A stretch of 64,000 nucleotides of DNA from Eledone cirrhosa (taxonomy: Eukaryota): assembly GCA_964016885.1 (NCBI GenBank), contig OZ024740.1:298716001-298780000 (forward strand), given 5' to 3'. Below the pieces are notes generated by a model. The model saw nothing but the letters and a program-made list of their open reading frames with translations. It did no database searches and was not told the origin of the DNA. Within the stretch, counting starts at the first letter, position 1; every line of letters starts with the position of its first letter. Positions 25,740-37,389 of this stretch are shown here, piece after piece. The position numbers and the translations under genes are program-made.

Positions 25740-26215
25740 TGTACATACATACATGCATACACATGCACAAAGATATATATATATACATATACACATGCAT
25801 ACATATATTATGTTGTATGGGTAACAGCTTTTCAAAAATGTTAAATTGAAATTCTGTCATATATATATATTTTTGTGTGTGAGTGTGTATATATATATAT
25901 ATACATACATATATGTATATATATGTGTGTATATATATGTGTATATATATATGTGTATATATATATGTGTATATATATGTGTGTATATATATATATATAA
26001 ATATGTGTGTGTATATATGTGTATATATATAAATACATGTATGTATATATATATATATATATTTATGTTTATATGTATGTATATGTATGTAAATCTATAT
26101 GTATGTATATATATATGTATGTAATGTATGTATGTATATATATTTGTATATATAAACACACACTTATGTTTATGTGTGTGTCTGCATGCACACTTATCTA
26201 AACATACACAAATGT
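25740..26215. repeat. Degenerate (TA)/(TG) microsatellite tract
   Basis: Direct inspection. Confidence 0.9.
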
Positions 26216-26814
26216 CCATACATGATCGTGCGTAAGCATATGTCTACACTTAAATAAAAATATTAAACTGCCTTATAATTTTTATTTCTTATGCCCATCC
26301 ATAAATGCATAAGTGTCAATAGACGAAATAATACATATAAAAAGAATTCTTTGTCTGCTCAATCAAGTCTTTTGTATTGAAATGTCCATCAAATATAATT
26401 GTTATTATTGTTGTTATCATTATTGCTGTTAAAGTGGTGGGCGATATCTTGCAGTGATGAATTCACAGTAAACAGACTCCACAATGGAGTTTAAATTTTC
26501 TTGTTAGTGTCCCTCAATTTCATTCATATTCTTAGAGAAAAATATATATCCCACCATTTATGCTTCTCTTTTCATACCATAATCATTTGATATGTTGTGC
26601 ATGACTAAGAAATCTTTACTAATTTTAATATGCTGGGTCTACTAATATCAGATATTTCATTGGGTTTCTAGCGGGGGGGGGGGGGGGGGGGACTTAATTT
26701 TGTCTGAATCAGATAACTTTGGTGACCACACACTGATGTTGTGAGCAATATGTTTATTCTCTGTCTGACAATTCTTCTTCTTCTTCTTCTTCGTCTTCGT
26801 CTTCGTCTTCTTCT

Positions 26815-27781
26815 TGAATCAGTAGAGGAGCCAGAGAATAATTTCTGGCTATGGAAACAGCAGTTGGAATCAAGAGGTCTGAGAGTGAACATAGCTAAGA
26901 CAAAAAAAAGTGTTGATAAGATAAGTAGAAGAGAGGACAATACTCCGATTCCATCAGGGAAATGGCTATGTTCGATATGTAGGAAAGGAACTGGCATAAA
27001 TTCCATAAAATGTACGCAATGCAGTTCTTGGGTACACAAGAGATGTAGTGGGATAGCAGGCAAACTAACAGGTAAGGAAAACCACGTATGCAGTAGATGT
27101 ACAGGGAAAGTTGGCAGTAGTAATCGCAGTTATAGACACATTTTTCCAATGCAGGTGGGTTCTATAGAAGTGGTTGATAGCTTCTGGTACCTAGGTGATC
27201 AGATTAGCATGGGGGGGGGGTGTTCCGAGGCCATAGTATCTAGAATAAGGACGGGTTGTAAGACGTTTAGGGAGCTGCTTCCTTTGTTGACAAAGAAGGG
27301 TTTCTCCCTGCATACGAAAGGACAGTTATATGATGCCTGTGTGAGATGCGTGATGCTGCATGTTAGTGAGACATGGGCAGCAACTGCAGAGGATATGCGA
27401 CGGCTGGAGAGAAATGAAGCAAGTATGCTCCGTTGGATGTGCAATGTCATTGTGCATGAACGACCAAGCATAGATGAGTTGAGAAAGAAACTGGGTATAA
27501 GAAGGATAAGTTGTGGTGTGCAGGAGATGGTATGGACATGTGATGCGCATGGAAGATGACCACTGGGTAAAGAAGTGCCAAGAAATCCCAGTAGAAGGAA
27601 GACGCAGTATAGGTAGACCACGTAAAACATGGGCGGAGGTGGTGAGAGCAGACCACAGATCGCTGAAACTCACCGAGCAGATGACGAAGGACCGTGACAA
27701 ATGGAGAGATGCTGTGCTGAATAGGACCCGTCCAACCCTTGCAAGCAGGGAAAAGCGGACGTACATGATGATGATGATGAT
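26815..27781 (+). mobile_element. 5'-truncated RTE LINE (PHD-like finger and C-terminus)
   Basis: WLCSICRKGTGINSIKCTQCSSWVHKRCSG...CSRC, SETWA, GRPRKTW and a (GAT)n tail. Confidence 0.93.
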
Positions 27782-28068
27782 GTCTCATTTCATTCTTGTC
27801 TCCACTTTGGGTTTGCTTATTGTGTATGATCAGATGTTGCTTCAATCTACCACCTGATTTGCAAATTTTCTGACAAACACGGCACTAGAACTGATTCTCT
27901 GCAACGGAGTTTGAATAATCAATTTGGACTTTATCATCATGTATTCATTGGTGTGACTTCAAGCCAGCATTTGAAAGGTGCACCTTATGGCACAGAGGGC
28001 ATTTGAAACCAGCACTGGATAAGATTCATCATTGCTACTGTTGGTCTCATTCTTCTGCACTTGTCTTT

Positions 28069-28111
<43 letters not shown>

Positions 28112-28574
28112 GATTTAGCCAGTATTAAACTAGTTAGATCATTATTCAACAGAGTACTCAATATGTGGGATAGTAAAATGTGACTATATTAGAAAGAGTC
28201 AGGGCTGAATAATGATCTTTCTAATTATATACTGGCCAAATCCTGATATACATAGTTCCTTTCATAATAGTAGAGCACTTTTTGATTTATATCACACCTC
28301 TATCCTGGCACCACCCATCCCGTTTATATATAGCCGTCGAAACGGCTTGAGCTCTTCCGTCGGGGTCATACATTTACCTATTACCCACTCTACTACCCTA
28401 AGTATTGAGTACTCTGGTGCGTTATGGTCCATCTGGTTCCTTACCACAACTCCTTCGCCCTTGAGGGCGGCTGACTGTGAAGGTAGTTGGTCAGCCGCTT
28501 TCTCTGTCTCTGGTTTCTCGGACCCATGGTTTTTCCGACCCATGGCTTTTTACATATTCCTTTGTTATATTCCA

Positions 28575-28631
28575 ATACCTGATGATATCACTGGATTCAT
28601 ATGGAACCGGTCATTGAAATGATCATAGTAT
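28575..28631 (+). ncRNA. Minimal type-I hammerhead ribozyme motif (HH4)
   Basis: atac-CTGATGA-stem II (actgg/ccggt, base of stem mismatched)-GAAA-tgatca (palindrome)-TA-gtat, followed by AATAAA. Confidence 0.65.
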
Positions 28632-29759
28632 AATAAACCTTTCAAGGATTTACACCAGTCCAGCCTCCTGTTACTTCATTTATAATTAACTCCATATTCG
28701 CACCACCAACTACACAAACGAAGATGGGTGAACTGCACTGCGTTGAGTACTCTTTACAATATTACACCAGGATTGACCATACGGAATGACCAGTTCTATC
28801 CAGTGGTGAACCAACAAACCTTAAGAAATATATATTTATATATATATATAACATTATTAAAGATGCTGTTGTTACAAGAAAAGTCTGCTGGACACATGGG
28901 CAGAAGGAGGTGTGTTTATTTTCCTGCTGGCAACATATCACAAAATCAAATTTCATCTAAGGATACTGTTCTCATAACAACAACAAATGCAAGAATTGCA
29001 TCTTGATTGCATGGGAGAACCGTTGAAATAATTATAATGAATAAACGATTTTTGTAACATCACCATCTTTATTAACGTTATTATTATACTGAATCTCCAT
29101 TTTAACTACAAACTACGAGTGTTGAGAGTTTTCTCCTACTTGCTCCTGTTTTTACCAAAACAACCTCTTTGGAACACACACATATATATATAGTAATAAT
29201 AATAAGGATAGATATATATCAATTATATAAGAACCGTAGATCCTGTAAATAATTAATATATATATATATATATTATTTTAAGTATTACCACCCCATATTA
29301 ATTCCTCAATTTGTATGTGTGGATGTGTGTGTGTGTCTGTGAAGGTGGGTGTGAGTGTACATGCAAGCGAACCTACATAAGTCTTTTTATTTGTAAATTT
29401 TCTACTCTAACCATAATTTTCAGTAGCACCACTCCACATAAATTCCTCAATTTAAGAATGACCTGTAGTATCTATTTCATACTATTAACCTTAATTGAAT
29501 ATATATCTGACCAGGAATGCTTTTTGTGAAAATCAGTCATATGGGACTATTGTCATCTTGCCTGATGGTTTGAACTTTACAACACCACCTGCCTCTTTGA
29601 GGTCAAATACCAACCCTACTAGCATCTACAAACTGACCAATGGGAATTAAGACTATTCCTACTGACAACATTAAGTTATTCCTAACAAGCTCATATGTCC
29701 CAAGGCTCTGATATCACCAACACTATAAACACAGAGCTGGCATATCTAAGAACTGACTA

Positions 29760-29815
29760 ACTGCCTGATGAGGTCATAGCCATTCAATGGCTATCATCAA
29801 AATATATATAGCAGT
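29760..29815 (+). ncRNA. Hammerhead ribozyme motif with mutated core, GAAA->AAAA (HH3)
   Basis: actgc-CTGATGA-stem II (atagccat/atggctat)-aAAA-tatata-TA-gcagt, followed by AATAAA. Confidence 0.65.
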
Positions 29816-29856
29816 AAATAAAGGATTATGAGTTCATGCAATTGACTTATGCTTCG

Positions 29857-29895
<39 letters not shown>

Positions 29896-29896
29896 T

Positions 29897-29970
<74 letters not shown>

Positions 29971-29976
<6 letters not shown>

Positions 29977-30706
29977 GGCTACGTTGGTACGGTCACGTGA
30001 TGCGCATGAAAGACGACAGCTGTATAACAAAGTGCAGGGCAATAAAGATAGACGGTAGCCACGGAGTAGGCAGACCCAGAAAAACATGGGACGAGCTGAT
30101 AAATTCCGACCTCACACGTTTACACCTCTCCAAGACAATGTCACTGGACCGAGACCTTTGGCGGTACTCAGTAATAGAGAAGACCCGCCTTACCTAAATA
30201 CAAAGTAAAAACCTACTACAGTCAGTAGGCATCTCTATCAAAACACACCCCCGTCCCACCACCTCCACCCCACCCACACCGCCCCTTTCAATGTAAAGTT
30301 ATGTTGGTCCCACAACATCCAGGCCGAAACAAATGAGATCGTGTAGGTGTCACGACAAAAAACACACAGTCCACGCTGTAAATGTGGCCGTGTAGGCAAC
30401 ACGGTAAAAACCTCCCAGCCCCACACTGTAAATGTGGTTGGTGTTAGGAAGGGCATCCAGCTGTAGAAAACCCGCCAGACAGTCCACGCTGTAATGTGGC
30501 CGTGTAGGCAACACGGTAAAAACCTCCCAGCCCCACACTGTAAATGTGGTTGGTGTTAGGAAGGGCATCCAACTGTAGAAAACCCGCCAGACAGTCCTAT
30601 GCGAGCAAGACAACCACTCTTGCCTCAAGTGGGAAAACCCCCGTCCAAACCCATGCAAGCGTGGAACACGGACGCTAAACCTGATGATGATGATGATGAT
30701 GATGAT
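29971..30706 (+). mobile_element. RTE LINE 3' fragment with a duplicated 3'-UTR module
   Basis: Near-identical to 32483-33060, with an internal duplication of about 113 bp and a (GAT)n tail. Confidence 0.93.
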
Positions 30707-30827
30707 ATTAATTGTTTATTAAAATAACAGGCTCTATGGTTCTTATATATTTGATATATATTTATCCTTATTGAGCCCTCTTTGGATTTTAGTCTTCAAA
30801 TTTATTATTATTACTATATATATATAA

Positions 30828-31016
30828 GGGCGGTGGATTGGCAGTATCGGTAGAGGGTCGGACGCCATGCTTTCCAGCATAGTTACCTCCCTTTACGATC
30901 TGAGTTCAAATCCCACCGAGGTTGACTTTGCCTTTCATCCTTACGGGTTCGATAAAATAAAGTACCAGTAATGCACTGGGTAATTGCTGGCCTTGTGCCT
31001 AAAGTAGAAACAATTA
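30828..31016 (+). mobile_element. tRNA-derived Deu/Nin-core SINE
   Basis: Same head and core as the 23264 copy. Confidence 0.87.
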
Positions 31017-31029
31017 CTATATATATATA

Positions 31030-33138
31030 TGGAAGAAAGACAGTCTCCCCCACATCAACCCAATAGAGGGACCAGTAGTGTTAGTCGAAGGTAGTATAAT
31101 AAGTAAGGCAATCAAAGATATGAAGACAGGTAAGGCGGCTGGGCCTTCAGAAATAGTTGCTGAGATGCTGAAAGCCTCTGGAACGGTGGGACACACCATG
31201 GTCACCCGGATAGTAAACCAAGTCATACAGAATGGGGTTGTTCCGAAGGACTGGCGTAGCAGCATCATCATCAACTGTTACAAGGGTAAAGGAGATGCCC
31301 TAGATAGGAGTAACTATAGAGGCATTAAATTAATCGACCAGGTCATGAAGGTCACGGAAAAAGTAATAGCACAACTAATCAGAGAGAGAATTGATTTAGA
31401 TAAAATGCAGTTCGGGTTTGTGTCAGGCAAAAGTACCACAGACGCTCTTTTCATTGTACGACAACTACAGGAGAAGTACCTAGCTAAAAGTAAACCCCTA
31501 TACTTAGCTTTTGTCGACTTGGAGAAAGCCTTCGACAGAGTACCCCGTTCCATTATCTGGTGGGCTCTTAGAAAACAAGCCATGTATAAAGAAACAGTCA
31601 GCAAGGTTAGAATTAACAATGAATATAGTGAAGAGTTTAGTGTAAAAGTTGGTGTTCATCAGGGCTCTGTTCTTAGCCCCCTACTATTTATTATTGCCCT
31701 TCAGGCTATAACAGTGGAGTTCAAGACCGGCTGCCCATGGGAACTCCTATACGCAGATGATCTAACGCTCATAGCTGAGTCAATGGCCGAGCTAGAGAAG
31801 AAATTCCAAACATGGAAGCACGGCCTAGAATCAAAAGGCCTTAAAATTAACCTGGCTAAGACTAAAGTTCTAGTTTGTAGGAAAGAAAATAAGGTGCCGG
31901 TCCCTTCCGGGAAATGGCCATGCTCAGTGTGTAGGAAAGGCGTAGGTAGAAACTCCATTTTATGTCCCAAATGCAAAGTATGGGTGCATAAAAGATGTAG
32001 TGGGATCACAGGTAAGCTAACTAAGAACATAGATTTTACATGTGGCCAGTGCTCTGGTGCAATAAGTAGCAGCAAGTGCCCACAAAATACTAGCTCTTTC
32101 AATTGCGCAGAGGGTTCTATAGAAATAGTGGGCAGCTTCCGTTACCTGGGTGACAAAATCAGCAGTGGGGGAGGGTGCTCTGAAAGTACAGTAGCTAGAG
32201 TCAGAACTGGATGGAAAAAGTTCAGAGAGCTTATACCACTATTAGCCGCTAAAGGGTTCTCCCTAAAAATGAAAGGCAGGTTGTATGATGTCTGCATACG
32301 AACAGCAATGTTGCATGGCAGTGAGACCTGGGCATTGTGTGCAGAGGATATACGCAAACTGGAGAAGAACGAAGATTGCATGCTCCGCTGGATGTGTAAT
32401 AGTAATATACGTGAACGGCAAAGCATAAACGAACTAAGGAAAAAATTAGAAATAAGAGGGATCAGATGTTGTTTACTCAAGAGAAGGCTACGTTGGTATG
32501 GACACGTGATGCGCATGAAAGACAATAGCAGTATAAAAAAGTGCAGGGCAATAAAGATAGACGGTAGCCACGGAGTAGGCAGACCCAGAAAAACCTGGGA
32601 CAACCTGATAAATTCCGACCTCACACACTTACACCTCTCCAAGACAATGTCACTGGACTGAGACCTTTGGCGGTACTCAGTAATAGAGAAGACCCGCCTT
32701 ACCTAAATACAAAGTAAAACCTACTACAGTCAGTAGGCATCTCTAACAAAATATACCCCCACCCCATCCACACCGCCCCTTTCAATGTAAAGTTATTTTG
32801 GTGCCACACCATCCAGGCCGAAACAAATGAGATCGTGTAGGTGTCACGACAAAAAAACACAGTCCACGCTGTAATGTGGCCGTGTAGGCAACACGGTAAA
32901 AACCTCCCAGCCCCACACTGTAAATGTGGTTGGTGTTAGGAAGGGCATCCAACTGTAGAAAACCTGCCAGACAGTCCTATGCGAGCAAGACAATCACTCT
33001 TGCCTCAAGTGGGAAAACTCCCATCCAAACCCATGCAAGCGTGGAACACGGACGTTAAACGATGGCGACGACGACGGCGGCGGAGGCGACGACGACGACG
33101 ACGAGGAGGAGGAGGAGTCCGACAACAACGACGACGAT

Positions 33139-33141
<3 letters not shown>
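31030..33141 (+). mobile_element. 5'-truncated RTE LINE with a 527-aa open RT/PHD-finger frame
   Basis: ORF 31078-32661: [36 protein letters not shown]4HC3 finger, SETW, GRPRKTW. Followed by 3' UTR and a triplet tail. Confidence 0.97.
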
Positions 33142-33173
<32 letters not shown>

Positions 33174-33250
33174 TGTGTGTTCCAAAGAGGTTGTTTTGGT
33201 AAAAACAAGAGCAATTTAACATCTCAGGGTATGTCATTCATGTATCATTA

Positions 33251-33305
33251 TATTTTGTCTGATGAGGACGTACTGTTGTACCTCTGAAATATGTATAATA
33301 AAATT
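33251..33305 (+). ncRNA. Minimal type-I hammerhead ribozyme motif (HH2)
   Basis: attttgt-CTGATGA-stem II (gga.gtac-tgtt-gtac.tct)-GAAA-tatgta-TA-ataaaat. Same stem I 5' strand as HH1. Confidence 0.72.
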
Positions 33306-33405
33306 TAATTGATCAAAAGAACATCTATTTTATTAATATTTGTATTTTAATATTAATAACTCTGGAAAATTATTTTCTTGTTTAACTCTTTAATATATAT
33401 ATATT

Positions 33406-33436
<31 letters not shown>

Positions 33437-36400
33437 ATATAAATATATATATATATTTATATATATATATATATAAATATATATATATATATTAAAGAGT
33501 TAAACAAGATTCAATGAGTACATCAAAGAATGAGTTTTACAGTAGATTGGAAGCACTCTACAGAAAAGAAAATATATTATATATATATATATATATAATA
33601 TATGAGGTTATAGTGTAGTACTTCACTGTTTTCTTTATAAAGATGAGATAAGCTCAATGCACTATACCGTCCTCTGCCCTTCTGGAGTAAAAACTGGATG
33701 ATTAAGATATCTTGTTATTAGGTAGCAGAGTATTTAAAATTCAAAATTGTAAGAAAGTGAAGGATAAAGATGTATGAATAAATAATAATTTCTTATCCAT
33801 GATTTTCTTACAATTTTGAATATACATATATAAATATGCATCTCACTCAAATGAAAATAGCAGAGACAGCAAGAAACAACATATATGCAAGCCAGCAATG
33901 CTATTTTACCCCTGGTACCTGTCCGAAAACTGCCTTACATTCTCTATCTATATGAAATAACATACCAGTTACTACTTACAAATGTTTAATATAACTATAA
34001 TCATAACTGTATTACGAAGTACTCCACATGCTGAAACAAAACAAATTAACTCACAACTAAATAATTAGTACCAGTGTATATCATAACTGTCATATAAAGC
34101 ATGCATATGCATTTCCTTGGGAAAAAACAGGGGTTCCGTACAGACATGGAAAGGACAGCCTAACCAGGAGTGCAGTAACTCCAAATATAGCAAGCTGAAT
34201 GAGGTAGTCTAAAATGGGCAATCTGTCTTAGAGGTAGTCTCTCTGATTAAACAAAAGGCTCTGTAAGTCACAGTGAAGACAACCTGTAGAGGAGAGTAGT
34301 CACTCATAATAAATAGATTGCATGGAGTAGATGTGGGTCCCACAAGCTGTGGTGAAAGGTAACCTGTCTAGGAGAGCAGACACGATGAATAAAAAACTGA
34401 TACAGGGTGGAGAGGACCTTTGAATCCTGACAGAGAAATACTGTAGTGATGCTGGCATGAAGAATGAACCCATTCCATACTGTAAAGTGATTGGTGATAG
34501 AAAGGGCATCCAGCCAAAATGACCCTGCCAAAAATATATAAAGGTGAAAGTGTGGTCCTAAAAATTTTCTGTTTGCCATTTTTTGTAGGACTGTTTTCAG
34601 CATTGTGCTATCAATTGCATATTGTTTTTATTTTTTTTTCAACATGTTTGCATTAACCCAATTCTAAGTCTACCAAGACAGCTTGCTTGTTGAACTCATT
34701 TTTTTCTTTCTTATTTAGACTTCAGATCTGAAGTTCAAACCTTGAGAATCCTGGGACAAAATAATTGCTTTTCTGATAGACAAAACTGACAGCAAAGCTT
34801 TGACTGAAAATTTCATAGTAAAATGCACATGCTAGATCTGAGAATGACAAAATAATCTTAAATATATACAGGCTTTCGTTCTCAAAAATCCAAATATATT
34901 TCACAAGTTTTTTTCCAGGGTTGATAACCTTTATCAAATCTAGTGCTGATAAATCTGTGTCTTAAAATTATGTTCAATCAATATATTGTAAGATTTGTCT
35001 AGAGTTGTTACTCAGATATAACTTAGTGGAGAATACTAAAATGTATGTGTCATCTATGTGTGTTTGTCAATGAATATACTTGTTTGTGTGTCAGTATATT
35101 TTGTGTGCACATGGGAATGTGTGTCTGTGTATGCATGTGTAAGTATTAGTATGTTAGAACTGATTATTTTTAAATTTTTAAATATTGTCTGCCATTTTTT
35201 ACACTGGCAAATTTTCCAAGCACTTTTCTATGTAAATGTAAATTTGTTTTCTGTTTAAACCTAAGATCAAACAAGAAGTTGAAAAGTTAAAAATAAATTC
35301 AGAAATCACCAAAACAGAAAAAAAGGGGAAAGAACAAAAGTGACAAATCAAATATACAAATAAACATCATTAATTCAAATTACCAGTTATTTTTCTTTTC
35401 TTAATTTCTATAAACTAATTTGTTAAATTTTTTAAAAGTGAGAGAATAAAAAAAATTATATTTTGCTGTTATTTATCTAATTCTGTGGAAAATATGTTAA
35501 ACTATTTCAAATAAAATCAAATAAATATAATAATACTGAAATATGTAAATAAACAATAATAAAATATACCCTAGAAAATAGTATTTGAATTTCTTTTTTC
35601 TTTTTGTGTGATGTTTGTGGTTCTTGGATCTTTTAATTTCACAATGAACCATATACATTATAGAAAATATAAAAGGGGTGATAAAGATGTAGAACCATTG
35701 CCCACAGTAACATAATGAATTGAATCAGTTTGTTAACCTTTTGACATTGATCTTAGATAGTGGTTGTCAAAAATAGGTGGTGTAACAGTTAATGTTTTGC
35801 CTTATTAGCTGCATACATGAAGAGAAATAAGCTTTAAGCAGAAATTGAAACCAGAAAGGTTAGGGGGCTTGTTTTACTGTTGAGTTTATCTATAGTTCTT
35901 GTTACCAGACATATCATATATGGAAACAGATGTTTTCATCTGCTGTTTCAATTGTTGTTCAGACCAGGTCATTTATAACAGACCTATAATCAAAGGCAGT
36001 TCAGTCATGACTGTCCTGTTCTTTTATATGACATTGTGTATCTAAGATATCAACTTTTGTTATTCCTTTCATTAAGACAGTAGGGAATGGTTTGAATGAG
36101 ATTTGATTTTTATTTTGAGCAGGTTCAATGCTTACAGAGGGCATTAATTCTTCTATAGTAGGATTTCATTTTGGTATTTTAAACTACCCAAAAGTTCACA
36201 CAAGTCTGTTTTCTATTTGAATCAACTTTTGGAATTTCTATGTAGGTATTTAAGCTACCCACTCTACCTGCCGAATAATCTATCTACAAATTCCCTGTTT
36301 CTTTAGAATGACATCCATATGCTTTTTCCTATTTTAAGAGAATTAGATTTACAATAAAGACTGGATGATTACCAATCAAATGCTTTGTTAGACATAAATC

Positions 36401-36595
36401 TCCTCAAGTAAAGCTTATTGGTGATCTTCAGCAACACTTAGTTTCACAAATCAATAAGGGAGCCCCTATGTGGTTCTACTTCCTAAAAGGAGCAGTCAAA
36501 TTTCGCTCAAATAATACTCTGCCATCATATAAAAAGAACACATTGTATAATATGATCCTGGATACATTTTGTCTGGGTTGGGGTCAGATTGTCTT

Positions 36596-36635
36596 TTGAG
36601 AATAGATTTCCTTGCACAAGGAAATCTATTCTCAA
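36596..36635. repeat. Perfect hairpin with 19-bp arms
   Basis: ttgagaatagatttccttg-ca-caaggaaatctattctcaa. Confidence 0.9.
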
Positions 36636-37121
36636 TTAGTTTCGAATTATTTTTTTAGTTGATTTGTTGCCAAATAATCTAATGTAAGTGAAAATGTCTC
36701 ATAAGCTCCCAGGAACTTTTATAGGCTACTGCTTAGCTCCATTTCTTTTGTGTGAAGCAAATGAGATCAAATCTTTCCTTGGATAATATGCCTGTCTATC
36801 TCGGGCAACATCCCCAAAATATCTGGCATCTCTTTTCAACAACTAGGTGAAGTTAGGTATGAAAATGTAATGTCCCCAAACATACTGGAATGTAAAATAT
36901 ACACTGAAATATGATAGGATTAATTTTTGTTGTGTTGTCAAAATCAGAGTATGAATGTGTTGGTAAGATATGAACTCATAATTTCTTCTGACATACTACT
37001 GTCTTAGCTATTTTGACATTGTGACTTTTAGCCCCAGTTGGATGTTGCTGCTTTAAAACAACACATCTTCATAGTTCTCATGGTTAACACATATCTATTT
37101 TATTCTGTTCTCTCATTACAG

Positions 37122-37158
37122 AGATATTAAAAATAGGAACTTCATGCTGCATTATGAG
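37122..37158 (+). CDS. PNPT1: PNPT1 internal coding exon (37 nt): (I)DIKNRNFMLHYE
   Basis: Acceptor ctcattacag|A and donor GAG|gtaagt. NFMLHYE is the conserved PNPase motif preceding FPPY. Confidence 0.95.
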
Positions 37159-37389
37159 GTAAGTTAATATTTTGCTTTATCTTTACAACCCTGTATATAT
37201 TTTGGTGATGATGGTATGGATTCATGTGTGTAATTACTTACTAACACAAAGCACCATCTATTAGTAGACTGGAATTTTCATGATTCAGGCTGGAGATTGA
37301 ATTTGAAAAATATCTATTAGATTGTGTTCTTTTTTATCCTGAAAACCCTAAGTTATCAAATTTATTGTTTAAAACTTAGTGATATAATC

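Noticed and set aside
27961-28022. Hammerhead-like hairpin-GAAA-hairpin (aggtgc...gcattt GAAA ccagcactgg)
   Set aside because: It lacks CUGAnGA and the UH site, so it is too degenerate to call.
28292-28622. ORFs of 83 and 136 aa near HH4 as a transposon protein
   Set aside because: No recognisable RT, GIY-YIG or other motif.
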